Source: a virus (lineage: Duplodnaviria; Caudoviricetes). From it: a stretch of DNA of 37,981 bases. Location of the stretch: the IMG/VR virus record IMGVR_UViG_3300032218_000727, positions 1 through 37,981 of that record; one strand, given 5' to 3'. The translations under genes were made by a program, and so were the position numbers. How positions within the stretch are numbered: position 1 is the first letter of the stretch; each line of letters opens with the position of its first letter. Of this stretch, positions 7,639 to 15,411 are shown in pieces. Below the pieces are notes generated by a model. It made no database searches. It was not told the origin of the DNA and saw only the letters and a program-made list of their open reading frames with translations.

Positions 7639-7820
7639 AGATTCCTCGTTAGTTCGGCGTATGCCATTTTTAATTGATGTTCTGTAGATTTTGGATTGTT
7701 AGCAATTCGTAAGGCTTCAGATGCACGTTCTTTCCATCTGATACTAGTTTGCACTGATCCTACTTTTACCGCATCGGGGATTACCCCAGCTTGCTTTATT
7801 ATTAATTCTCTGATGTTCAT
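7635..7820 (-). CDS. Hypothetical protein
   Basis: 61-aa ORF coupled to the ParB-like gene by ATGA. Confidence 0.6.
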   Translation of the reverse strand: MNIRELIIKQAGVIPDAVKVGSVQTSIRWKERASEALRIANNPKSTEHQLKMAYAELTRNL

Positions 7821-7934
7821 GTTTTATATATTTTCTAATTTTCTAAGGGCGCTCCTGAGTAGGATTTCACGCACCACCATTGATTGTAACTCTACATTTT
7901 TGGTGTGATTGTAAGTAGCAATTAACAAGTAATC

Positions 7935-8235
7935 ATTCCACCTACCTAGACTATTCGGCAACATACCCTAACCCCCCTCTATATCCCCATTGACCCGCTA
8001 TATGTATTACTCATAAGACCGTATATCACACTTAATGATACCCGTTTGGTGGACGCACCTAGCCTACCTAGGTGAGCCTTCAACCGTTACCCTTTTGGAG
8101 CCACAGCACCCGTCAGCCTTTTGAGGTACCAGTGCTAACTTCGCCGCTGGCATATGCGCTATCTCAACCTCTCCCTACTGGTAACGCTACCACTTAGATC
8201 GCCACGATGTCGTTAGAGCCGCCAACCTAAATGAC
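7935..8235 (-). ncRNA. GC-rich non-coding segment with multiple hairpins upstream of the replication operon (ncRNA or origin candidate)
   Basis: No credible ORF; CACCTAG/CTAGGTG hairpin 8056-8074; minus-strand UGCCAG/CUGGUA stem; CCTACCTAG repeated at 7941 and 8063. Confidence 0.4.
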
Positions 8236-8358
8236 AGAAAAGAAAAAACCTCATAAGGTATGAAGTCTGAAGGGGAATTCTCTTGTGCTTATCGGCGGGC
8301 AACTAAGCATAAGAAAACTATGTCAGACCCCATACTCTATGAGGCTTTCCCGTCGATT
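8236..8358 (-). terminator. Long (~100 nt) attenuator-like hairpin with U-tract
   Basis: Minus strand: AAGCCUCAUA-GA-GUAUG-GGGUCUGA ... UCAGACUU-CAUAC-CU-UAUGAGGUUUUUU, with an apical CUUAUGCUUA/UAAGCACAAG stem. Confidence 0.6.
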
Positions 8359-8399
8359 TTAACACATTAGAAGCTCCCCAGCTCCCAATCTGTAGTAAA

Positions 8400-8427
8400 A
8401 CTATAACACAAATACAAAAGGGGGCAA
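8400..8427 (-). promoter_or_regulatory. Sigma70-type promoter for the replication arm
   Basis: Minus strand TTGCCC-N16-TATAGT with extended -10 TG. Confidence 0.45.
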
Positions 8428-8446
8428 GCAGTTTCTACTCACCCCC
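8416..8446 (-). terminator. Rho-independent terminator of the 41-aa gene
   Basis: GGGGGUGAGUAG-aaa-CUGCUUGCCCCC-UUUU on the minus strand, G-U pairs consistent with this strand. Confidence 0.7.
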
Positions 8447-8459
8447 GTGGCTTACGCCA

Positions 8460-8585
8460 TTACTTACCTGTCTTAAAGAAAGTCTTTAAGCTAGACAATA
8501 CTGAATTAACCCAAAACTCGTTAATCTGTTTGTAATGCTCAGCCAACTGCTCAACCTTCTTGTACTGATCGTCAAATGTAAACAT
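8460..8585 (-). CDS. 41-aa amphipathic helical protein, monocistronic (possible mini-phasin)
   Basis: MFTFDDQYKKVEQLAEHYKQINEFWVNSVLSSLKTFFKTGK; AGGAG RBS, own promoter and terminator. Confidence 0.7.
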   Translation of the reverse strand: MFTFDDQYKKVEQLAEHYKQINEFWVNSVLSSLKTFFKTGK

Positions 8586-8612
8586 ATAAATCTCCTAAAT
8601 TGTGTAACATAC

Positions 8613-8665
8613 GCAACATTTGTTGCAATGCAACAATTATACAGAATATTGTAAAGTTTTTGCAA
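8613..8665 (-). promoter_or_regulatory. Promoter (TTGCAA-N18-TATAAT) with operator palindrome TTGTTGCA-A-TGCAACAA over the start site
   Basis: Perfect -10 at 8641-8636; perfect inverted repeat 8620-8636 plus overlapping GCAACA-TT-TGTTGC 8613-8626. Confidence 0.65.
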
Positions 8666-8673
8666 ATGATTGT

Positions 8674-8753
8674 AAAAAAGGTGGGGACGGTGCGCTCACG
8701 TCCCCTAGAGGATGCACAGAGGAAATGCATCAAATATACCGAGGAAGGTATGT
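8674..8753 (-). ncRNA. Candidate ~80-nt sRNA with two UUCCUC (anti-Shine-Dalgarno) hairpin loops and its own terminator
   Basis: TATAAT at 8763-8758; hairpins 8734-8753 and 8711-8731, each looping TTCCTC; GGGGACG/CGTCCCC stem 8683-8705 followed by U6. Confidence 0.55.
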
Positions 8754-8769
8754 AGTAATTATACAACGC

Positions 8770-8811
8770 TGTCAACCGTTGACACTAATGTAGCAATAAG
8801 GGTTTACCCTT
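8770..8811. promoter_or_regulatory. Operator-like palindromes TGTCAAC-C-GTTGACA (8770-8784) and AAGGGTTTACCCTT (8798-8811)
   Basis: Inverted repeats read directly, upstream of the sRNA candidate. Confidence 0.5.
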
Positions 8812-8873
8812 GGTTCCCAAACGGAACCTACTAAATGAGAATGAGACGCATCATTTATTGAAATTTCATGCAT

Positions 8874-9239
8874 TCATGCCGCATGAAAGTATGGCTTGAT
8901 AGTTACCTGACAACCGCCACCTTTGATCTTTGCGCCACGCTCTATAGTAATTTTCCAGACCTGTTGATCATCATCAAACACTCCGGCATCTTGCAAGGAG
9001 TCACCCAAGCACTTAAGCATATTGTCTATGTCCATTAGTCTGTTGTCTCTTGGAAACAACACAACATCCAACTCAACTGGAGCATTCCCAAATCCTTTAT
9101 GGCCAGAGGCTGCATAAATCTCTGCTACGCTCTTTTTGAACTCAACACCACGCTTGGATATATAACGTCTCTTTCCAGAAGCAAGCCAATAGGCATTGAC
9201 AGACACTGGATATTTTAAGCTTAGGGTAAGCACTGACAT
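8874..9239 (-). CDS. rusA: RusA-family Holliday junction resolvase
   Basis: P.SVN.YW, D.R..DIDN..K...DSL..AGV..DD.QV catalytic signature. Confidence 0.9.
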   Translation of the reverse strand: MSVLTLSLKYPVSVNAYWLASGKRRYISKRGVEFKKSVAEIYAASGHKGFGNAPVELDVVLFPRDNRLMDIDNMLKCLGDSLQDAGVFDDDQQVWKITIERGAKIKGGGCQVTIKPYFHAA

Positions 9240-9268
9240 ATATATGTGAAAAAAATGGGTACGACCTA

Positions 9269-9297
9269 TTTACAATTCTGATAGTAATGATTATAGT
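9269..9297 (+). promoter_or_regulatory. Sigma70-type promoter of the middle operon
   Basis: TTTACA-N17-TATAGT upstream of GAGGAGG RBS; divergent from rusA. Confidence 0.6.
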
Positions 9298-9320
9298 CTT
9301 AAAAAAAGAGGAGGAAGTAA

Positions 9321-9548
9321 ATGAAACAAACACTAGTTTACAAAGAAGAGGTTGCCCGTAAGTTAGCACGTCAGATGGAGGCGATGTTTATGGAGGACAA
9401 GCCTACTTATGCAGAAGTCCTTGTAGCCTGTACCGCAATGGCTGCTATTGCCGCCAATCAAATGCATATGTCTAAAGAAGTCTATTTAGCTAACTGTGAG
9501 TTGGTTTATGAAACCGATAAGCTATCTAAGATTAAGGAAATGCAATGA
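9321..9548 (+). CDS. Hypothetical protein
   Basis: Strong RBS; first gene of operon. Confidence 0.7.
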   Translation: MKQTLVYKEEVARKLARQMEAMFMEDKPTYAEVLVACTAMAAIAANQMHMSKEVYLANCELVYETDKLSKIKEMQ

Positions 9549-9736
9549 CCGACAGACAGCGTAGGTTGCGGGATTACTTTGCAGCCAAGATTATGAGCGG
9601 CATGTGTTCCGGCGATTGGAAATTAGACTTATCCAGTGGTAAGACTTGGGATGAGGTTGCCGCTAAACGATGCTACGAGATAGCAGACGCCATGCTTGCA
9701 GAGCGTGAGATTGAAAACGTACCGACATCACATTGA
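9545..9736 (+). CDS. Conserved small phage protein (LRDYFAAK family)
   Basis: LRDYFAAKIM...AKRCYEIADAMLAER motif. Confidence 0.75.
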   Translation: MTDRQRRLRDYFAAKIMSGMCSGDWKLDLSSGKTWDEVAAKRCYEIADAMLAEREIENVPTSH

Positions 9737-9737
9737 T

Positions 9738-9893
9738 ATGACTACCTTTACTACACAAGACCGCATAGATGCAGAGCGCAATGATCTGCTAGAAAAGATC
9801 CGCAAGCAGGAAGAAGAGATTGCTGAGCTAAAACGTTTGTTTAATAAAGCTATGGATGAGTGGGAAAAAGAAAGAAAGTTAAGAACACAATGA
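9738..9893 (+). CDS. Hypothetical coiled-coil protein
   Basis: ORF 9696..9893; ATG at 9738 follows the upstream stop. Confidence 0.6.
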   Translation: MTTFTTQDRIDAERNDLLEKIRKQEEEIAELKRLFNKAMDEWEKERKLRTQ

Positions 9894-9964
9894 TAGAGAT
9901 AATTACAGCATTAATAGTATTCACTGCTTGCTACCTAGTGGTTCTATTCTTTAAAGGCAGATGA
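9890..9964 (+). CDS. 24-aa single-transmembrane peptide
   Basis: MIEIITALIVFTACYLVVLFFKGR; ATGA overlaps at both ends. Confidence 0.5.
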   Translation: MIEIITALIVFTACYLVVLFFKGR

Positions 9965-10152
9965 TGGCTAACAGACGTAAGCCAAACATGTTTAAGATTG
10001 ATCAGCAAATTACATCTTTACTAAAAGACTATGAAGGTAAGGCAGATAAACAACGCAAGATTGTAGAGAAGAACAACGGAGAATTGTTTTATATTTTTGG
10101 AACTAAATTACCAACGGAGGAAGCAAATGGACGGATTGTGGGAGAAAGCTAA
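9961..10152 (+). CDS. Hypothetical protein
   Basis: ORF in operon. Confidence 0.55.
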   Translation: MMANRRKPNMFKIDQQITSLLKDYEGKADKQRKIVEKNNGELFYIFGTKLPTEEANGRIVGES

Positions 10153-10393
10153 CGAGGTTAGCGAAGTAGGATACAAGGTGCATAGTGCATCTATGATTGT
10201 TGAACTGGTAGCGGAGCGTATTACTGATAATGCTGAGAGCGGCGCATTATGGGCGGCGGCTGATATATTGCAACAGCTTAGCGATAAGCTAGATTATTTG
10301 GCTGCTCAGATTATGAGCATGAATCGCCAGTTAGAAGCAGTTGAACCAAAGAAAAAAAAGAAAAAAGAAATTGACTTGGATGGGCGATGCTAA
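10127..10393 (+). CDS. Hypothetical helical protein
   Basis: ORF 10097..10393; GGAGG RBS supports ATG at 10127. Confidence 0.65.
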   Translation: MDGLWEKANEVSEVGYKVHSASMIVELVAERITDNAESGALWAAADILQQLSDKLDYLAAQIMSMNRQLEAVEPKKKKKKEIDLDGRC

Positions 10394-11250
10394 TGAAAAA
10401 GCTATGCGTAATTAACTTCTGGGAAGGCGGATTCGATGGAGACTTCTTTGAGTACTTCTTTCAGCGAGCCTTGGGTGGATTTGAATATACAAACAATCCA
10501 TACGATGCAGACCTAATCGTAACCTCTGTATTTGGAAATACTTTCTATGATCCACGAAAAACTATTGCGTACATTGGAGAGAATATTCGCCCTAGCTACA
10601 TGGGCTATGACCATTCTCTTTCTTTTGATTATGACAGTTATGGTGGACGTAATTTTCGATTACCTCTCTGGTACTCAAGGTTAGCATGGCCGGGATTTGA
10701 ACAGAAACCACGCAGAGCCAATGCACACAATCACGGATATGAACCCTTGATTGAGATTGCACCATTGACTAAGCCAAGAACATTGGACTGGGATAAGAAG
10801 GATAAGTTCTGCGCCATGATTGCTGGCAACCCAGAAGGGTTACGCATTAACTTGTTTAACTCTGTTACTAGGTATAAACCCGTACATGGCTACGGCAATA
10901 TGTTTAACAACTCATTGCGTCAATCTAAATTTGATATTTTGCCTAGCTATAAGTTCTGCCTATGCCCTGAGAATTCTATTTATGACGGCTATGTAACCGA
11001 GAAGTTATTAGACGCCTATGCGGGCGATACAGTACCCATCTATAGCGGCACTATGTCAGTTGATTGCGACTTCCATGAGGGCGCGTATTTGAACTATATC
11101 AGCACCAAAGATATGTCTTGGTTTGTTACAACCATTCAAGCAATTGATGAGAGCAAAGAACTTTACGAGGCTATGTATACTAAACCGCTTTTATGGGAAG
11201 AACCCAGTCTTGATAACGCATTAGATTTTGTACGGAATATAGTTCAATGA
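10387..11250 (+). CDS. GT10-family (alpha-1,3/4-fucosyltransferase-like) glycosyltransferase
   Basis: YKFCLCPENS...GYVTEK..DAY....PIY donor-binding motif; N-terminal FW..F, GENIRP, SFDY and RLPLW as in FucT-type enzymes. Confidence 0.85.
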   Translation: MLMKKLCVINFWEGGFDGDFFEYFFQRALGGFEYTNNPYDADLIVTSVFGNTFYDPRKTIAYIGENIRPSYMGYDHSLSFDYDSYGGRNFRLPLWYSRLAWPGFEQKPRRANAHNHGYEPLIEIAPLTKPRTLDWDKKDKFCAMIAGNPEGLRINLFNSVTRYKPVHGYGNMFNNSLRQSKFDILPSYKFCLCPENSIYDGYVTEKLLDAYAGDTVPIYSGTMSVDCDFHEGAYLNYISTKDMSWFVTTIQAIDESKELYEAMYTKPLLWEEPSLDNALDFVRNIVQ

Positions 11251-11519
11251 GCTATTTCAGACACGACTTTGGCGGTGATGAGGATTTAGAGAGGCGTTAT
11301 GTAGCAGCGCTAAAGCGAGCAATAGATCATACATTTAGAGTTAAAGAATTGGAAAAAGGGGCGCCAATGACCGCAAATGAACTAGCTGAATACATACAAG
11401 ATGCAATGCCAGAAGCTGCCACCATGCTACGCCAGCAACAAGCTGAATTGGATGCAATGAAAGAAAGAAACCAATTTCTTGAGTCTTTTTATAGAGCAGT
11501 AAAGGCAGGTGCGAAATGA
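11247..11519 (+). CDS. Hypothetical protein (possible internal start at MTANELA)
   Basis: ATGA-coupled ORF; coiled-coil second half. Confidence 0.6.
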   Translation: MSYFRHDFGGDEDLERRYVAALKRAIDHTFRVKELEKGAPMTANELAEYIQDAMPEAATMLRQQQAELDAMKERNQFLESFYRAVKAGAK

Positions 11520-12385
11520 GAGAGCGCTACGGCATTAAGCATTTTGATGGGCCTGTAATGGAGCTGACCACAATGGTCGGATGTCCGTTGATGTGTACCT
11601 TCTGCCCCCAAGAAAACCTACGGGATAGCTATGGAGACTCTACTAAGTACATGCAACCAGCAGACTTAGTTAAAGTCCTCGCTAAGCTGCCTAAAAACAC
11701 TCGTATTGATTTTTCTGGGATGTCTGAGCCTTGGGCTAACCCACACTGCACGGAGATGCTAGAGACCGTTCTATACATGGGTTTTGACGTAGCTATCTAT
11801 ACGACTTTGTATGGCATGACCGATCCAGAGCGGGTTCGTAAAGTACTGGAGTCTCATCCCAATCAGGTTAAGGTAATAATGTTTCACTTTCCTGATGCCA
11901 ATGGAAACATGAAGGGCTGGAAGAATAGCGAAGAGTGGCAGAAAGCGGCAGCCATTGTCACCCATACAAAGGTTCCATGCGGCGTTGGTGCTATGACGAT
12001 GGATAAGTCTGGGTTTGTACATCCAGAGTTACAGGACTTTGTAGGCCGTCTTCCTAGCTGGCAAGGTCATACACGGGCGGATAGTTTGAATACCGAGCAA
12101 GTAGCTGGTCAGCCTATCAGCATTACTCCCATGAATACTTTTCCATTAACTTGCAGGAGTACGCCGTTCTATGATCGAAATGTTCTGTTACCTAATGGTG
12201 ATATTGTGCTTTGCTGTATGGATTATAACCTTAAGCATATTATCGGCAATCTACTAACTCAGACTTATGAAGAGATCTTTGAGGGTAAACCCTTATTAGA
12301 TCTGATTGAGATCAATGAGGCTAATGGTTTTAATAAATGCAGTATTTGTAAATCTTGTGAAAATGTGACGGAGCTATATGTATAA
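11516..12385 (+). CDS. Radical SAM enzyme with C-terminal SPASM/Twitch Fe-S domain
   Basis: CPLMCTFC (CxxxCxxC); SGMSEP; C-terminal C...LPNGDIVLCCMD...IGNL...C..C..C. Confidence 0.88.
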   Translation: MRERYGIKHFDGPVMELTTMVGCPLMCTFCPQENLRDSYGDSTKYMQPADLVKVLAKLPKNTRIDFSGMSEPWANPHCTEMLETVLYMGFDVAIYTTLYGMTDPERVRKVLESHPNQVKVIMFHFPDANGNMKGWKNSEEWQKAAAIVTHTKVPCGVGAMTMDKSGFVHPELQDFVGRLPSWQGHTRADSLNTEQVAGQPISITPMNTFPLTCRSTPFYDRNVLLPNGDIVLCCMDYNLKHIIGNLLTQTYEEIFEGKPLLDLIEINEANGFNKCSICKSCENVTELYV

Positions 12386-12542
12386 AAATATTGTAATAAT
12401 TGTACTTCTTGGTATTGTTTGTGTTTATTTTTGGGGAGATGCTCCAGCTAAAGAGTGTCCTGTGGAAAAGAAAACTCCACGATGGGAAGACAACTGCATC
12501 ATTCAAAAGAGTGGTGAATCGGAGATAAAGACATGCGGATAA
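12378..12542 (+). CDS. 54-aa membrane-anchored protein
   Basis: MYKNIVIIVLLGIVCVYFWGDAPAKECPVEKKTPRWEDNCIIQKSGESEIKTCG; GGAG RBS. Confidence 0.55.
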   Translation: MYKNIVIIVLLGIVCVYFWGDAPAKECPVEKKTPRWEDNCIIQKSGESEIKTCG

Positions 12543-13213
12543 TGGTAATTACCCCTACGACTGGGAAAGATACAGTATTTAAAGCTATCCAAAGTGTTAA
12601 AGACCAAACCATGACTGCTGAGCATTTGGTTGTATTGGATGGAGTTCAAAAGGCAGACGGATACATGCCAAAAAATTTATTAAAAGTAATTGAATTACCG
12701 GAGAACGTAGGCGGTAATGGCTGGTATGGACATCGAGTCTATGCAGCTATGCCTCTACTGGTAAACGCTGATTACATCCTATTCTTAGATGAGGATAATT
12801 GGTTCGAGCCTAATCATGTAGAAACCATGATCAATAAGATTAAAAGCAAAGACTTAATGTGGGCATATAGCTTGAGGAGAATATGCAATGAGGATGGAGA
12901 ATACATTGGAGATGACGATTGTGAAAGCCTTGGCAGATGGCCGACGTTTTATGATCACACACTCAATTTTGTCGATACTAATTGTTATTGCTTTAAGCGT
13001 GAATATCTGGTTAGGGTGGCACATTCTTTCTACGGACAATGGGGCGCAGACAGACCATTCTATAAGGCTGCCGCATCAACTCTGCCTTCCTTCGGATGCA
13101 CAGGCGAGGCTACGGTTAATTACCGAGCGCCCGAAAGATTACATTCAATGTTTAGAGAGGGTAACGCCGCCATGAAAAAATCATATGGTGAACTACCTTG
13201 GAGAAAGAAATGA
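12533..13213 (+). CDS. GT2-family (GT-A fold) glycosyltransferase
   Basis: VITPT...AIQSV..QT...HLVVLDG; DYILFLDEDN DxD motif. Confidence 0.88.
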   Translation: MRIMVITPTTGKDTVFKAIQSVKDQTMTAEHLVVLDGVQKADGYMPKNLLKVIELPENVGGNGWYGHRVYAAMPLLVNADYILFLDEDNWFEPNHVETMINKIKSKDLMWAYSLRRICNEDGEYIGDDDCESLGRWPTFYDHTLNFVDTNCYCFKREYLVRVAHSFYGQWGADRPFYKAAASTLPSFGCTGEATVNYRAPERLHSMFREGNAAMKKSYGELPWRKK

Positions 13214-13362
13214 ATATCCAACTGGAAATTATCAAAGAATATGAAGATGGATCAGCAGATGCCATAGTTAATTTTGATAAAGAAGGATTAGCTATACTGG
13301 TTGAAGCTGGCATATTAAGCATACTGAAACAATATATTGAACAAAAAAAGGAAAACAAATGA
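13210..13362 (+). CDS. 50-aa conserved phage protein
   Basis: MNIQLEIIKEYEDGSADAIVNFDKEGLAILVEAGILSILKQYIEQKKENK; ATGA overlaps at both ends. Confidence 0.65.
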   Translation: MNIQLEIIKEYEDGSADAIVNFDKEGLAILVEAGILSILKQYIEQKKENK

Positions 13363-14153
13363 GCTTTAAGAAAGACAAACCACAAACAATGAAGTTCAAT
13401 CCAACTGCGCTTAAGGCTAAGTTATTTGTAGCTACTCCCATGTATGGTGGTATGTGTACTGGTATGTATGCTTCTGCGGTAATGCAGTGCGTAGGAACCT
13501 TTGGTCAAGCTGGTATCCAGATGTACTACAGCTTTATGATGAATGAGTCGTTGATTACTCGTGCTAGAAATAGTATGGCTTATGACTTCTTAAAGTCTGA
13601 TGCTACCCACCTAATGTTTATTGACGCCGATATCGCTTTTAATCCAGCCGACATTCCTAGAATGGTTGATGCAGATAAGGACATCATCTGTGGTATCTAT
13701 CCTAAAAAAGAAATTAACTGGATGCAAGTCTCTGATGCCGTTAAGAACAACGTGCCACCAGATCAGTTGCAATACCATACTGGGGCATTTGTTTTAAACC
13801 TAGCGCACGGTGAACAGTCCAAGACCGGTAACATCAACGAACCAATTGAGATCGCTAACGGTGGTACTGGCTTTATGTTAATTAAGCGTAAGGTATTTGA
13901 GGACTTGGCAGACAAAGTGCCTAGCTATACCAATGATATGTACCATGCCGTAGATACGGTACGTGAGATCAAGGTTATCAAAGAGTTCTTTGCTACCAGT
14001 ATTGATGAAGAGTCTAACCGTCTGCTGTCAGAGGACTACCACTTCTGCAAGATTGCACGTCAGGCTGGCTTTACCGTATGGTGCGCTCCATGGGCTAGCT
14101 TTAGCCATACCGGTACTTATAACTTTAGCGGCCAATTACCTCGGAGCGCTTAA
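13359..14153 (+). CDS. GT-A fold glycosyltransferase-like protein
   Basis: LFVATPMYGG, ESLITRARN, HLMFIDADI (DxD), GTGFMLIKR, LSEDYHFC. Confidence 0.8.
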   Translation: MSFKKDKPQTMKFNPTALKAKLFVATPMYGGMCTGMYASAVMQCVGTFGQAGIQMYYSFMMNESLITRARNSMAYDFLKSDATHLMFIDADIAFNPADIPRMVDADKDIICGIYPKKEINWMQVSDAVKNNVPPDQLQYHTGAFVLNLAHGEQSKTGNINEPIEIANGGTGFMLIKRKVFEDLADKVPSYTNDMYHAVDTVREIKVIKEFFATSIDEESNRLLSEDYHFCKIARQAGFTVWCAPWASFSHTGTYNFSGQLPRSA

Positions 14154-14797
14154 TGTTTACGGTGGAACAGAAAGAAGAATTAGAGCTTGAATCAAAGTCT
14201 CAGTTAGGACAGGATATGTTTGTTCTGTCAGAGCTGGACTTTAAACGAGATGGATATTTTGTTGAGTTTGGCGCTAGTGATGGCGTTGAGCTTAGCAATA
14301 CTTATCTTCTGGAGAAAAGACTTGGCTGGACTGGAATCCTTGCTGAGCCTGCCGTGGTTTGGCACGATGCGTTAACTGCCAATCGTAATTGCCATATTAG
14401 TTTTGATTGTATCTGGAGCAAGTCCCATGAAGAACTAGAGTTTAATGAAGTGGATGCAGCAGAGTTATCCACGATCAATACCTTCTCAGAAGGAGATGAA
14501 CATGCCCAGACTAGAGCTAGCGGCAATACATATCCAGTTTATACCTGCTCATTGAATGATCTGTTAGAGAAATATAAGGCGCCCACAGAGATTGATTATC
14601 TATCCATTGATACCGAGGGTAGCGAGTTTGAGATTCTGAGTGCATTTGACTTTGATAAATACAAAATTAAGGTTATTACTTGTGAGCATAACTACACGCC
14701 CATGAGAGGCCAGATCCTTCAACTCTTGCAGTCTAAAGGCTACGTCAGGAAGTACACAGAGTATTCCCGCTTTGATGACTGGTATGTTTTGTTATGA
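14153..14797 (+). CDS. FkbM-family SAM-dependent methyltransferase
   Basis: SQLGQD, GYFVEFGASDG...SNT, GWTGILAEP, IDYLSIDTEGSE. Confidence 0.9.
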   Translation: MFTVEQKEELELESKSQLGQDMFVLSELDFKRDGYFVEFGASDGVELSNTYLLEKRLGWTGILAEPAVVWHDALTANRNCHISFDCIWSKSHEELEFNEVDAAELSTINTFSEGDEHAQTRASGNTYPVYTCSLNDLLEKYKAPTEIDYLSIDTEGSEFEILSAFDFDKYKIKVITCEHNYTPMRGQILQLLQSKGYVRKYTEYSRFDDWYVLL

Positions 14798-14937
14798 GTG
14801 GATGGCTAATCATTGTAACGGGTTGCATCTATTCGTATGTAGCCGTCGAACAGTATATGAAAGATAGTCCGGGAATGGCTATTGCTTATGCTGGATATGC
14901 TTTCGCTAACATTGGACTATGGATGCTTGCAAAATGA
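14794..14937 (+). CDS. 47-aa two-transmembrane protein
   Basis: MSGWLIIVTGCIYSYVAVEQYMKDSPGMAIAYAGYAFANIGLWMLAK; ATGA overlaps at both ends. Confidence 0.65.
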   Translation: MSGWLIIVTGCIYSYVAVEQYMKDSPGMAIAYAGYAFANIGLWMLAK

Positions 14938-15401
14938 CTGAAAATTTAAAACTTTGGAAAACTCTTGACGATGCAATACTTGAACTAGAAGAGGGAAAAG
15001 CAAAAGGAATTATTTGTCCATGCTGTAAACAATTTGCAAAAATTTACAATCGTAAGTTAAACTCTGCTATGGCATATTCTTTAATACTTGTTGCTAAGTA
15101 TTTTGAAGAAAATCCAAATGAAACTTCTGTGCATGTGGAACAGTACTTATCAAAAACAACAAGAGCTACTGATTTTTACAAGCTAAGATTTTGGGGAATG
15201 ATTGAGGAAACTGATAAAACAAGTTACTGGAGAGTATCACAAAAGGGTTTTGATTTTGTAAACAATAAGATTAAAGCGCCAAAAAAAGTAGCCATTTATA
15301 ACAATCAGTTTATTGGAGAGTCAGAAGAACAAACATCCATAGTGGATGCTCTTGGAGACAATTTTGATTTTCCTGAGTTAATGGGTTCATCTTTAAACTA
15401 A
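14934..15401 (+). CDS. Hypothetical protein with CPCC motif and possible winged helix
   Basis: ORF 14919..15401; ATGA coupling supports start 14934; visibly AT-rich. Confidence 0.6.
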   Translation: MTENLKLWKTLDDAILELEEGKAKGIICPCCKQFAKIYNRKLNSAMAYSLILVAKYFEENPNETSVHVEQYLSKTTRATDFYKLRFWGMIEETDKTSYWRVSQKGFDFVNNKIKAPKKVAIYNNQFIGESEEQTSIVDALGDNFDFPELMGSSLN

Positions 15402-15411
15402 CGAGGATAGT

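Noticed and set aside
7935-8400. Possible tRNA or tmRNA in the GC-rich non-coding region
   Set aside because: No cloverleaf with a TTC T-loop and acceptor stem could be built on either strand
8572-8775. ORF-track 67-aa minus-strand ORF
   Set aside because: No RBS; it spans the sRNA candidate, terminator and promoter; the gene with a proper RBS is 8585-8460 in another frame
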